The notes under the pieces are model-generated. The model was not told the origin of the DNA and ran no database searches. It saw nothing but the letters and a program-made list of their open reading frames with translations. DNA of 53,875 nt from Octopus sinensis. Lineage: Eukaryota. The translations under genes were made by a program, and so were the position numbers. Below are positions 26,152 through 39,499 of this stretch, one piece after another; within the stretch, counting starts at the first letter, position 1, and every line of letters starts with the position of its first letter. The DNA is taken from NCBI RefSeq assembly GCF_006345805.1, contig NW_021834838.1, positions 1 to 53,875 of the forward strand, in the 5' to 3' direction.

Positions 26152-26789
26152 GTCTGCCACTTTTCCGTTCTCACTACATTAATCCACACCATTCAACAAA
26201 TTTACTGGTGGAAGTGAATAGAAGCACCTTCTTCTCCATCCTGATTTCCCTTTTAAATTGAAACTTGTAATTGGCAGAAAAACAAAGTGTCTTTCTTCAG
26301 TTCTTTCAACCTTATTTTCCAATTTCTTCGCATAGTTCTTCTGGGAGTTGTACTTCTTGCCTCTTGGTGACGCGTATGACCGCTCTATACCGCTTTTATC
26401 ATTCCCACCATCATATTAATGACAAAATATACGCGTCTATCCGTATAAATATATTTGTCTTTTTCTCTCTTCCTTGTTCTTTTTCTTTTTTTTTGCTTTC
26501 GTTTTCCTTTTTCTTGACATCATTGTTTACACTGCCATTACTAACTTTGGTGTTGCGGCAGTCATTTTCACATGTGTTTGGATTAAGATGAATGTTTTTT
26601 GGGGGGGGTTTCCTTCGTCGTAATTGTGTCACAGTTGTACATGCTGTCGTTGTTGTTGTTATCAGTTTAGTTGTTAATGTTAGAAAATATTGCTGCTATT
26701 TGTGACAATTTCGTTTAAATACACCGGGGATTCTGCATTTTCCTTTATGTCCCTGTTCCATAACAGGATGCAAGCTATCTCCTATTCAC

Positions 26790-26856
26790 CTCTCACAGTT
26801 TTATAAGAATTAGCTCTTCCAACGTCGCCTACCGTTGCGATTTCGAATGTAAAGTC
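26790..26856 (-). CDS. Candidate 67-nt internal exon (DFTFEIATVGDVGRANSYKTVR)
   Basis: Acceptor 'tttgtttttattgtcaccgcag|G', donor 'GAG|gtgaat'; only one frame is open. Confidence 0.3.
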
Positions 26857-27155
26857 CTGCGGTGACAATAAAAACAAACAGAAACAGTAACACTTTTTCA
26901 AACACACACACGCACACACACACATACACACACACATACATACACACACACATACATACACACACAGACACACACACACACACACACACACTGCATACAC
27001 ACACACATGCATACCTAAACCATAGAAGATCAAGATATGTGCGTGTACGTACATATAAACATACAAATACGTATATATACATAAGTATGTATATACGAAT
27101 ATATATACACATACATATATATGTGTGCGTTTGTGTATGTATGCATATATATATA

Positions 27156-27186
<31 letters not shown>

Positions 27187-27377
27187 ATTATCGTTTACTT
27201 GCTTCCGACTGTGGCCATGCTGGGGCACTGCCTTGAAGTATTTTGGTCGAGCGAATCGACTCCAGTACTTATCTTTTTGAAAATACCTGGTACTTATTCT
27301 ATCGGTATCTTTCGCCAAACCGCTCAGTTATGGGGATGTAAGCACACCAGCACCAGTTGTCAAGTGGTTGTGAAGAA

Positions 27378-27958
<581 letters not shown>

Positions 27959-28185
27959 ATATATATATATATATATATATATAAATCCACTCACAAGGCT
28001 TTGGTCAACCCGAGACTATAGTAGAAGACACTTGCCCAAGATGCCACGCAATGGTTCCTTACCTACCGAGGTAAACTTTAGATCTGATCCCTCCTGAGTC
28101 GGCGACTGCCCAACTGCAAAGCATTTTGTCCCCTCACGCTCCTAACGATTCTGTGGGTCACCATACTAACAACCCTATCAACAAT

Positions 28186-28603
28186 AGATACAAGGCCTGA
28201 AGTTTGGTGGGAGGAGACTAGCCAATCACATCGACCCCATTGCTTAAATGGTACTTATTTTATTGACCTCGAATGGATAAAAGACAACGCTGCCCTGGGC
28301 GGAATTTGAACACTGAACGTTAAGACGGACTAAATACTGATAAGCATTGTGAACTGCCTGCTAACGATTCTGCCATCTCACCGTCTTAGATCCCCACACT
28401 AATAGCAATAATACTGGTTTCAAATTTTTGCACAAGGCCAGCAATTATGGTCGAGCATTGCTCAACTGGTACTTATTTTATCGAACCTGAAAGGATGAAA
28501 ACAAAGTCAACTTCGGCGGAATTTGAACTCAGAACGCAATGGTACACGAAATACTGTCAAGTATTATATCCGGCGAGCAAACAATTTTTCTAGCTCGCCG
28601 CCT
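28186..28603 (-). mobile_element. Two tandem diverged SINE family B copies (28186-28388, 28415-28603)
   Basis: Reverse complement of the family B core 'ggtacttattttat..ga...ggcggaatttgaac'. Confidence 0.82.
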
Positions 28604-29184
28604 TAGACACCAGACTAATAACAATAATATATACACATTATTTAACACCCCATTCCTTTTCTTCAGACTGAAGGATGAGATTTGAGTGGACAATCGTCTG
28701 CTGTATTCAGCAAACCGAACAACCACATAGGGGATTCGTTCTCTCATTGGCTCAGTTAGGAAATAGTTGACGATTGATGGCGTGGTCTTAAAGCCGACCG
28801 TGAGTCCGTCTATATTTCATAATATCCAGACAATTCCATTCTTTCTTGTGTGTCAAGAAGTCAGAGAAAAACCAATGGATAATAATCAGTCAAACATAAA
28901 ATGCTGTTTCATTTTATCGTTAATAAACTCTGTTTAATTTGTAACATTTCGGCCGCCGTCAGACGTTAACTGAAAAAACCATATCATCCTTCTTGTATCG
29001 TAACAACGTCTTTTGAATCATTGACGGAACGAGATGACTTCTGGGGCAACCTCGTCTATTGTCTTCACCTTATTGTCCGTTCGTTTAATTTACAGTCATT
29101 CCTCAGGACAGTTCCTCTTAATTCTTTTGTTTTCTCTGTCTCACTCTCCCTGTCTCTCTTTCTGTCTATTTGTATTTCTTTCTC

Positions 29185-29260
<76 letters not shown>

Positions 29261-29392
29261 ATTGCTGGTGGCACTTGCAGTAATTAAAATTATTACGTTT
29301 CCTGAAGAAATTCTATCACAAACTTGCTCCCTTTTCTTCCTCTCACCGTCTTTATCTTTCTGTGTGTGTGTGTGTGTGGTGTGTGTGTGTGT

Positions 29393-29431
<39 letters not shown>

Positions 29432-30470
29432 CGTGCGTGCGTGTGCGTGTGTGTGTGTGTGTTACGGTGGGAAACTAGACCAAGAGCAAGTTTCAAACCG
29501 GAGATCGAAATCAAAAACCATTCTCATCTTCCACACGACTACACCAACAAGACTCAATGACTGAATGAGTGTCTCGTAATGAAACAATCTCATAGATGAA
29601 TGATTAAAAGATTCCCTTTGCAACAGTTCACTGCAAGACATACAAAATGGGCCGTCGAATGAACCTCTACAAGGTCGCACGATCAGCTAAAGCTAACCGC
29701 CAAATCTCTCTCAAATCACTTTTTAGAAAAACAGCAAATAGGATGTCATCCTGAGCACTCCGCATATACAGACGGAATGGTCACAGTGGAATGTCTTTGA
29801 TCATAGTTTGCTCAACCTGTACCGGGCGAATGAGTGCCTCTCTGTTTGCTAGAAATAGCACTCAAACTGCCTTAAAACCATTCCCTAGCACAGCGATTCA
29901 CAATATTTTCATTACCCAATGAATTTAAATTAATTATCCCTCAAAATGTCTACGGCATCTTCTAGAGAGGATTTGCTTCTTCCGAGAGTGGGGCTGTTTA
30001 ACAGCATGTGGAGTGGAGTTGGCCTGGACTGATGGTCACTTATATAACCTCATGTCAATAGATACTGATTTGGTAAGCATCCGAAAGACCAGGTTTTCTA
30101 ACCAGCAATTAGTATACTAACGCTTCTTTTAGTCGACCTGGATCGAAAGAGTGCCTGCCTTTGAAAGAGTGCCTTTGTAGTTTCAGAAAAGCCTGAATTC
30201 GGATTGGAAATTCGGTAGCCTTGGACGTGAACAGCAGCGAAGGCTGTTCTTTCGGACAAGCGATCATTTATGCCTAACAGAAAGCAAGGTGGCCAGAAAT
30301 TGTCACGTGTCTTTAATCAGTCTTAGGAACGTCACTCTCCTTAGAGATTGTGTGCGCTTGAAATGACATCTTAAACGCACGCTGTGTGAGTATGGTAGTA
30401 TCCTATAGAAGGGATTATATCAAAGCCTCGTAAATCTGCTCAAGTTAATACTGATTGGATTTCACGAATA

Positions 30471-30856
30471 TGTAGTGACGTCATATTCCAGTGTGCGCAC
30501 ACGCAACGTCATTCTTCAGTGTGCGTGTGCGGAACGTCCTTCTTTAGTGTGCGTGTGCGGGATTGGAACCTTCTGGAACCTTCTGGAAAGGCATAAGGAA
30601 GTTCCCTCATGCACATGCGCTAGAGACTGAAGAAGAAATTCTATCGCGTTCCTTAATAGCGTCGGGGACTTGAGACACGGCGATAGAATTTCTTCTTCAG
30701 TCTCTAGCGCATGTGCATGAGGGAACTTCCTTATGCCTTTCCAGAAGGTTCCAGAAGGTTCCAACCCCGCACACGCACACTGAAGAAGGACGTTCCGCAC
30801 ACGCACACTGAAGAATGACGTTGCGTGTGCGCACACTGGAATATGACGTCAATACA
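30471..30856. mobile_element. Palindromic non-autonomous DNA transposon (MITE), Ginger-like termini
   Basis: 177-bp arms 30471-30647 and 30680-30856 with about 3 mismatches, 32-bp spacer, TGT...ACA ends, 4-bp TSD AATA (30467-30470, 30857-30860). Confidence 0.85.
30565..30589. promoter_or_regulatory. Perfect five-unit heat-shock element motif (mirrored at 30738-30762)
   Basis: gGAAc-cTTCt-gGAAc-cTTCt-gGAAa matches alternating nGAAn pentamers; function untested. Confidence 0.5.
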
Positions 30857-31009
30857 AATATACCAAAGTAAACTGGGGAGACTGGTGAACGTATCTTGAT
30901 AAAATAGTTGTTAGCTCACAGGATGATGGGTCAACATAGAATGAGCACGATTTCGGCTGGTCGGTTACATGTCCACAGGTTTGTGATCTGCAGTATAATT
31001 CAGACAGAC

Positions 31010-31392
31010 GAGGCGCAATGGCCCAGTGGTTAGGGCAGCGGACTCGCGGTCATAGGATCGCTGTTTCGATTCCCAGACCGGGCGTTGTGAGTGTTTATTG
31101 AGCGAAAACACCTAAAAGCTCCACCAGGCTCCCCACAGGGGATGGTGGTGGTCCCTGCTGTACTCTTTCACCACAACTTTCTCTCACTCTTACTTCCTGT
31201 TTCTGTTGTACCTGTATTTCAAGGGGCCGGCCTTGTCACTCTCTGTGTCACGCTGAATATCCCCGAGAACTACGTTAAGGGTACACGTGTTTGTGGAGTG
31301 CTCAGCCACTTACACGTTAATTTCACGAGCAGGCTGTTCCGTTGATTCGGATCAACCGGAACCCTCATCGTCGTAACCGACGGAGTGCTTCC
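31010..31392 (+). mobile_element. tRNA-derived SINE family C, 12-bp TSD
   Basis: TSD aattcagacaga at 30997-31008 and 31393-31404; near identical to 4842-5228. Confidence 0.93.
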
Positions 31393-31476
31393 AATTCAGA
31401 CAGATACCTGGTTACTGGAAGCTGAACGCACCTCTCCCAGTACAAGAAACCTATCTGCGCACTAGTTAAACTGGAA

Positions 31477-31553
31477 ACCGGGCGAAATGCTTAGCGGTAT
31501 TTCGTCTGCCGTTACGTCCGGGTTTCAAATTCCGCCGAGGTCGACTTAGCTTT
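31477..31553 (+). mobile_element. SINE family B fragment
   Basis: 'ccgggcgaaatgcttagcggtatttcgtctgccgttacg...aaattccgccgaggtcgac'. Confidence 0.8.
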
Positions 31554-31559
31554 TTTACA

Positions 31560-31593
31560 GCAGCAGTAGTAGTAGTAGTAGTAGTAGTAGTAA

Positions 31594-31624
<31 letters not shown>

Positions 31625-31951
31625 GGTGGTGATGGTGGTGGTGGTGGTGGTGGTGTGGTGGTGGTGGGTGGTGGTAGAGGTTGTGGTGATGGTGATGGTG
31701 GTGGTCGTGGTCGTGGTCGTTCGTCGTCGTGTTCTTGGTGCTGGTGGTGGTAGAGGTTGTGGTGATGGTGATGGTGGTGGTGGTGGTGGTGGTGGTGGTG
31801 GTGGTAGTGGTGATAGCAGGCACAGCAGTGGTAATAGTAGTCCTAGTAGTAGTAGTATTTGGTGATGATGCTAGTAGTAGTAGTAGTAGTAGTAGTAGTA
31901 TAGTAGTAGTAGTAGTAATAGTAGTAGTAGTAGTAGTAGTAGAAGTAGTAA

Positions 31952-31985
<34 letters not shown>

Positions 31986-32045
31986 CCACCACCATCACCA
32001 CTGCAACCATCACTACCGTCACCACCATCACCATCACCATCACCA
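31560..32045. repeat. (TAG)n/(TGG)n/(CAC)n trinucleotide tract
   Basis: Direct reading. Confidence 0.95.
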
Positions 32046-32341
32046 AACTATTATTTTGCAAACAAATTAATTTGACATCCTTCAAGATTTATTACATTTT
32101 CCATTTTTTTTCTCTTCTCTTTATTTTTTTGGGTTCTCTAAAGTTCCATTTCTTCTAATCGACGCGGTTTTTGGCACAAACAAAATGTGTCATATACAGT
32201 TGAACACTTTTTGCATAGTTACAACAAAATAATTAGTCAATTTTTCAAAGTTTTTTTTCCTTGTCTTAAATAAAAACAAAAATAGAACGAAAATTGACAG
32301 AAAATAAAAGACAACTTAATATCATTGTGAATTCTTCAGAA

Positions 32342-32374
32342 TCAGATCGGCTCAATACGGGAAAGGTTATTGTC
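32342..32374 (-). CDS. Candidate short terminal exon (DNNLSRIEPI*)
   Basis: Acceptor 'gatttcttttcacacag|G' then 10 codons and TGA. Confidence 0.15.
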   Translation of the reverse strand, partial: DNNLSRIEPI

Positions 32375-32434
32375 CTGTGTGAAAAGAAATCGCTATAGCG
32401 AAATTTAATTTTGCAACATGTGTATGTGTTAGAG

Positions 32435-32454
32435 TAGGTATATATATATATATC

Positions 32455-32485
<31 letters not shown>

Positions 32486-32489
32486 TATC

Positions 32490-32521
<32 letters not shown>

Positions 32522-32853
32522 GTATATATATATTATCTATATATATATATATATATATATATCATATATATATATGTACGTATATTACATACATATATGT
32601 ACGTATGCATGTGTATATATATATCTATATATATATATATACATATTTATGCATATATGTATGTATGTGTGTATGTATATGAAACATTTGTATATGAGTG
32701 CCCATGTCTAAAAGGGGATATTAATATTTATTGCAAATATTCAAACCAAGCAAATATATATACATATGTTGGCAAACATACGTGTATATGTGTGTTTGCA
32801 TGTCTGTATATGTATTTATGTAAAAAGTATACATAAAAAGATAGATAGATGCA

Positions 32854-32900
<47 letters not shown>

Positions 32901-33563
32901 GCATACGTACACACACATATAAGTAGTATTATTGTGTGTATATAATATGTATACATGCATGCGTGCGAATGTACGTGCTAATCTGCGTGTCTGCATATAT
33001 GAATATTTTAGAGGCCATCCCTACTTTTAGTATATAAAAATTCTAGGAATAATTGAAATTGAAAAATATATTTTTTTTTTGTACATATACTTTCCTGATA
33101 ATAATTGAATAACTGCACATATACAGAAACTAAAATTCTTGTACGTACATGCATATATATACACACATGCGAGTATATATCTGTATGTATGTATGTATAT
33201 ATGCACGTAGAATACGAATGGACTTAATGTACTATGTATAGATGGAAACTTAAACACGCTTGCGTCTATAATATATGCGGATATATATGTTTGTGTGTGT
33301 GTGTGTGTGTATACGCACTCATACATATACACATACACGTATATTTACATATATATATATATATATATATATATAGATATATATGCATATATATAGATAT
33401 ATATATATGTAAGTATGTGTATGTATATATATATATATACACATATATATAAGCATATTTATGTATACATATATATGTGCATATTTATAATATATAAATC
33501 ATGCGCACAGACTCACACACACATACACACACACACACACACACACATACACACATACACACA

Positions 33564-33613
<50 letters not shown>

Positions 33614-33690
33614 TATATATATATATATAGATATATATATATATACACATACACATATATGATTATGTGTATATGCACACGTATTCACAC
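32435..33690. repeat. Compound (TA)n/(TATG)n/(CA)n microsatellite region
   Basis: Direct reading. Confidence 0.9.
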
Positions 33691-34142
33691 AGACTTTCCC
33701 ATCCTCGATGTAAGCTTATAAGGAAAAAAAGATTTATTGCCATAACGTAGAGGCCTGCCATATTCTTTAAATTTTCAAAGCATCCATAGTTAATGCGATA
33801 AAAATAAGGGATAAAAAAGAAAAGGGGGGAAAAAGATTAGTCTATTATTTGGAATAAAACCTTGTCATTGAAAATTTAATTCATAACAACGAGAACATAG
33901 GCAATATGGCTGCCAAACCGAAATAATGCATCGCTATGTGTATAGTACTAAGAATACTAAGCGCTATATATGTGTGCTTGTTTGTGTGTGGAGGAGTGTA
34001 ATATGTGTGTGTATGCATGTATGTGTGTGTGTGTAATATGTGTGTATGTGTACAATCACATACATACAGATAGAGAGAAAGAAAGAGCGAGGAGGGGTTA
34101 GGTATATTGATTTGTATATTTTGTTTTAAAAGTGATATATAG

Positions 34143-34392
34143 GTGTGGACATCAGTATCACGCTTAGAAATTTGCCTTGCAGCAAAGTCGTTTCTTGTTC
34201 AAACCCGTTGCATGGTACCTTGGCCAAGTTTTTCCACTATAACCCTGCACACCGGTCAATGAATTGTGAGCAAATTCGGCGCACGGAAATCTGTGTGGAA
34301 AAACGTCGTGTGTATATATGTCTGCGCGCATACGTGTGTGTGAGTGTGCCTGCGTGTGTGTGTGTTTTTGTGTGTGTATCTTGTACCACGAT
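34143..34392 (+). mobile_element. Old diverged SINE family A 5' half
   Basis: 'gttcaaacccgttgcatggtaccttggccaagt...actata' resembles the B box and core. Confidence 0.6.
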
Positions 34393-35019
34393 ATAAAATG
34401 CTAACTACCAATTTTCCCACATGGTGAAGGAAGTCAGTATTGTGGTCATGTCTCTATGTATCCATCAACTGGTTGCATATCCAGCTAATAATGTACATCA
34501 CAACTATTACATAATTCTGAGCTCCCAGAAACAGCTGTTGGGTTTTAAAAACAATGCATTCTCCCCTTAGTTTTCTGTATTTCTATACTCCATGTAAAAA
34601 TAAATTTGTCAACATATATCGTTTGATTGGTGGAACTGTCATAGCGCCAGAAGAAATGTCTTGTGATACGTAGTCACTCTCTTCAATGTTCTGAATTCGA
34701 ATTTTTCAACTGTCGACTTTCACTATCATTTCGATGAAATAAGAACCAGTGGTATACTGATGTCAGATTAATAAATTATTCCATACATCAGTCACATTTC
34801 TGGCATTGATACTGAATAATTAGCAAGAATGTTAATATGCAACTTTGGGTTAATAAATGTGCAGTTTTACTATTAAAAGATACCAAAATATTAGATCTGT
34901 TTGTATAATGATACCACAAGATGATATCATTGTACCACTGAGGAATACAAGTAGAAAGATTTGCTACAGGACGATAAAGTAAAAAAAAAAGAAGAATGCA
35001 GAGAAAATATTTCCAAAGC

Positions 35020-35520
35020 GTACACAAAACCAGAAAGATGCTGGAAAGAAAACTAAATAAAGAAAATTCAACAAGGCAAGGAATACGTGGGTCATGTCAG
35101 TTCGGAAGCACTCTGATTCTTTTTCTAAAAAGGATACCAACAGACTCTACCAAGCAAGAAAAGAAGGGAATAGAGGTTTGTAAAACGCAGAAGAAAATAT
35201 CAGCGCTGCGATCCTGGGTTTGAAAAACTATGTTGTACATAGTAAAGAAAGACTATTGTCTGCAGCCAGGAATACCCTAAAAACTTTGAAACAGTAAGAG
35301 AATTCAAGGGCCGAAAATATAAGGGCAGGATATGTACTTGAAAAGAAGAATTACATGGCTAGTTCATGTAACAAACCGATGATATTGGAAGACGTAAAGA
35401 ACGCTGGTTGTGGCCGACAGATGGAAATCTGAACCGTGAGACTGAATTGTTAAGTTTATTGGCGCAGGAAGATGTCATTAAAAGAATCTGATAAAGGTAA
35501 AGATTAATAAAAGTGAGTCC
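35020..35520 (+). pseudogene. Degraded R4/Dong-type non-LTR fragment (post-RT region)
   Basis: Remnant motifs 'TNRLYQARKEGNRG', 'ELHG*FM', 'WLWPTDGNLNRETELLSLLAQED'. Confidence 0.7.
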
Positions 35521-35716
35521 ATAGTCATGCCTAGATTTTTCTCAATATGCTTGTCATCAGAGACATTAACGCAATGACGAAAAGTAATGGAGTGAGCTAG
35601 TTTCCTTGAAATATTCCCTTGCGAATTTTCCCATTTCCTAATGATTTGTCATTTTTATTCTACATCCCATGATCGTATTGCTTATTTCTAGAAACAAAAT
35701 AAAGCTGTTAATCTTA

Positions 35717-36150
35717 TTTCTTTATTGCCCACAAGGGGCTAAACATAGAGGAGACAAACAAGGACAGACAAAGGGATTAAGTCGATTACATCGACCCCAG
35801 TGTGTAACTGGTATTTACTTTATCATTATAAAGGCGGCCAGCTGGCAGAAACTTTAGCACGCCGGGCGAAATGCGTAGCCGTATTTCGTCTGCCGTTATG
35901 TTCTGAGTTCAAATTCCGCCGAGGTCGACTTTGCCTTTCATCCTTTCGGGGTCGATAAATTAAGTACCAGTTACGCACTGGGGTCGATGTAATTGACTTA
36001 ATCCCATTGTCTGTCCTTGTTTGTTCACTCTATGTTTAGCCCTTGTGGGCAGTAAAGAAATAGGTATTTACTTTATCGACCCCGAAAGGATGAAAGGCAA
36101 AGTCGACCTCGGCGGAATTTGAACTCAGAACGTAACGGCAGACGAAATAT
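35717..36150 (-). mobile_element. SINE family B (host copy), interrupted by a plus-strand copy
   Basis: 35717-35824 joined to 36078-36150 is a continuous minus-strand family B sequence. Confidence 0.88.
35825..36062 (+). mobile_element. SINE family B, full length, nested, 15-bp TSD
   Basis: TSD ggtatttactttatc at 35810-35824 and 36063-36077. Confidence 0.92.
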
Positions 36151-36164
36151 AAAACTGCTAATCT

Positions 36165-36810
36165 TTTCATTAACCTCATGCGTTCTCTGGACCTCCAAGA
36201 GCAAGAGCCAGCAGTATGGAACATCATCACAACCCATCTTGTAATCTATCCAATCAACAGCTGCCATTCTTCCTTATTCGTATCTCACTTAACATCATGC
36301 TATCGATATACAACAGACCAGCAGTTTCCCCGTAACTTATTTCTGCATCCCTTTTGCTCTTCTGGTAATAGATTCTTCTTCAGAAAGCTATACAATTCAT
36401 GAGGCCAGTCGATAATTTCCAAAGTAATGGTAAGAATTAACAGGCCTATAATTACTGTCTTCCTCCTCCCTTTCTTTGTTCCTCTGTAGTGGCACTGTCT
36501 GTCCTTTCATCATCCATATAGATGTTCCAATTTCTATAGTCAGTAAGAACACGGTTGTATATAGCTGAGGCATTTTAAAGCCATATGGTCCAGAGACTTT
36601 TTCTTATTATGGCCTATTTTCCTTTTCACTTTTTTTCTACAACATTCTACTTCCCTGTTATGTTGAACTTCCTTGCTCCAAATACCTGGCCAAAAGTTCC
36701 TCGCTGCTTCGATATTTACCATATCATTCTCCAGATTTCATTGTTCAACTATTGGTGAAACTTCCCTTCATTGTTGCTGAAGAGTCTATCTGGCCATTAT
36801 GGGTCCTTAT
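36165..36810 (-). pseudogene. Degraded R4/Dong-type reverse transcriptase N-terminal fragment
   Basis: 'EAARNFWPGIWSKEVQHN', 'YRP..LPLLWKLSTG', 'LLPEEQKGCR', 'WIDYKMGCDDVPYCWL' in the expected order. Confidence 0.8.
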
Positions 36811-37278
36811 CAGATTTTGTTTTTTAAAATTTATCTATAAATATATGCTTCGACAATTCACAAAATATTTTAACAATTTTTTTATACAATTCTTAATGAT
36901 ATTTAATTAGAAAAATTGTACGATATTTTAAACATCGAGTGCTAATAGAAGGGGCCCACCAGAGTAAAATAGAAATCAAAGGGGTCTATAGGGAAAAAAA
37001 TCGTTGAGAAACACTGGTTTATTCCTTGTTAGTGTCTAGTTTTGTTTTGTTTAGTTTGTTTGTTTTTTTTTTCTTTTCTTTTTGACTGATATTGGATTGT
37101 GGTTAGCTCCCCTAAGTTCATCCGTCCTTTTAAAGGTTTTAGCTTTCTTCCTGCAGGATGTCCAAATAGACAAAAATACCCTTTTCACCTAGAATATTCT
37201 ATGGGGTTGTCGGTTTAGTCACAGATGATGTTTCATGATATTCTCAATTGGACCGTTGCAATTGGTAATAGTGAGGCG

Positions 37279-37666
37279 GAGGCGCAATGGTTAGGGCAGC
37301 GGACTCGCGGTCGTAGGATCGCGGTTTCGATTCCCAGACCGGGCGTTGTGAGTGTTTATTGAGCGAAAACACCTAAAGCTCCACAGAGGCTCCGGCAGGG
37401 ATGGTGGTGATCCCTGCTGTACTCTTTCACACACACCTTTTCTCCAACTCTTCTTCCTGTTTCTTCTGTTGTACCTGTATTTTCAAATGGGGCCGGCCTT
37501 GTCACTCTCTTTTTCACGCTGAATATCCCCCGAGAACTACGTTAAGGTACACGTGTCTGTGGAGTGCTCAGCCACTTACACGTAATTTCACGAGCAGCGG
37601 CTGTTCCGTTGATCGGATCAACCGGAACCCTCGTCGTCGTAACCGACGGAGTGCTTCCATCCATCC
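37279..37666 (+). mobile_element. tRNA-derived SINE family C, 12-bp TSD
   Basis: TSD aatagtgaggcg at 37267-37278 and 37667-37678. Confidence 0.92.
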
Positions 37667-38670
37667 AATAGTGAGGCGCATTATTATTATCCTTTTCCAT
37701 GGCCAGCAAGTAGAGGGATTCTGCGGTAAAGGAAGACCCATCCTAAGAATAAGATTAAGTTGAAAGAATCACTAAAATCCCTACAGCTTAATTTAACATT
37801 TTGGGTAGACTTCAACTTCTTCAAATAGCAGTTATCGAGAGAGAGAGAGGGAGAGAGAGAGATGAGAGTAGAGGAAGAAGAGCTGCAATATCATATTTGA
37901 CAAAAGATGGGTGAAAGAGGCAAGTTTAACAGAATTAAATGGGACTACTCTGAATGTACTTTTCTTAATAGGTGGAAACAAATGTAAAAGAGCATTTTTG
38001 ATGCCTTGGTTCCAGCAAAGTAATCGGAGCATTTGTTTGGGGTTACGCCCCTGAATTACCCAAGGGTTTTGGGGTCTACTATTGGGGTATTTAACCTTTC
38101 CTTGTATATTTTTCTTGTTGAATTTTATTTTTATAGCCTTTCCTTTTTTTGTATTTGTTTTGCAAGATTTCTTATCTGAGATCGAGCTGAAACAGATATT
38201 GTTATATTTCGGGACGGTCATATGTTTTACCACTGAAACACACGCACTGCATATATGGTCTTCACTTCAACTTTATTATTATTCTTATTTTAGTGACCTT
38301 TGTCTGAAATCTTTTGTCACACATCCTGTGACCTCTTCAACAACTCTCTATCCTATGTTTCTCCTCCTGTTCTGTTTAGTCCACTTTGTCTTTTTGTGAT
38401 GTGTATCTTTACCTGCGCATGCACCTGTATCTGTGTGGTTGTGTGTGCGTGCGTGTGTGTGTGTGTGCTTAGTATGTGTGTTTTGTGTGCGTGTATCTGG
38501 GTTTTCTAACTACACCATCTGTACCCGTTTCTTTTATTTAGTTTTTATTCGTTTATTTTTTCTTTTCTCATTCCGTCTTTAGTATATGTGTGCATGTCTT
38601 GCGTGTGTATATGCATTTGTTTTATACTGTTAATATCTGTCTTTTTTCCCTTCTCTCATTCTATCTTTAG

Positions 38671-38854
38671 TCGCCAGGTTGTGTAGTTTGGCGGGGTGTA
38701 CAGCCAAAGGGAACGGGATCAAAGTGTTCAAAGGAGCCAGGGCTAAATACAAGGCCGTCATAGAGAATGATAAAAATGGGATATATCCGCTAAACAGGAG
38801 TAAATCGTCGAATAGCTTAGAAAAGGCCAAGAAGATAGATCAGGCCAACTTATG
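38671..38854 (+). CDS. Candidate coding exon (ARLCSLAGCTAKGNGIKVFKGARAKYKAVIENDKNGIYPLNRSKSSNSLEKAKKIDQANL)
   Basis: Long polypyrimidine tract plus 'ctttag|' acceptor; 60 non-repetitive open codons; donor GTACAC weak; no recognised homology. Confidence 0.25.
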
Positions 38855-38994
38855 GTACACAACCAAAAATACTGTGGTCTTGTTCGAAGTGGAAGTGACG
38901 GTTATGTTCATGATGGTGGAGTTGATGGTAGTGGAGATGGCGGTGGCGATAGAGGAATGTTATTGCTGCTGCCGCTATTGTTGTCTTTATTGGT

Positions 38995-39400
38995 AATGGT
39001 GATGGTTGTGGTGGTGGTGGTGGTTGTGGTGGTGATGGTGGTGGTGGTGGTGGTGGTGGTGGTGGTGGTGATGGCGGAAGTGAGAGTTTCAGTGGCAGCA
39101 ATCGTGGTGGATATGATGGTGGTTAGGGTGGTAGTGACGGTAGGAGTTATGATGTTGGAAGCGATGGTTGTGGTGGTGGTAATAGATATAATTAGGGTGG
39201 TGGTGGTGGTGGTGGGGTGTAGTGGTGTTGGAGGTGGTGGTGGTGACGGACGGTGGCGGAAGTGAGGGTTTCAGTGGTATCAATGGTTGTGGATATGATG
39301 GTGGTAAGGGTGGTAGCGATGGTAGGGGTTATGATGTTGGAAGCGATGGTTGTGGTGGTAGTGGTGATAGATATGATTATGGTGGTGGTGGTGGTTATGA
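38995..39400. repeat. (GGT)n-rich tract with a duplicated unit
   Basis: 'ggcggaagtgag.gtttcagtgg...atgatgttggaagcgatggttgtggtggt' at about 39073 and 39254. Confidence 0.85.
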
Positions 39401-39499
39401 TGATTTTGGTAGAGCTGCTAGGGTGATAGTGGGGTTGGGGTGATGGAGGTTGGGCTGGGAGGGTGTGAAAATGGTGGGATATGCCTATCGTATGTGGGG

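Noticed and set aside
29940-31000. Possible decayed LINE endonuclease region around the palindrome
   Set aside because: Only faint motif resemblance, no alignable frame
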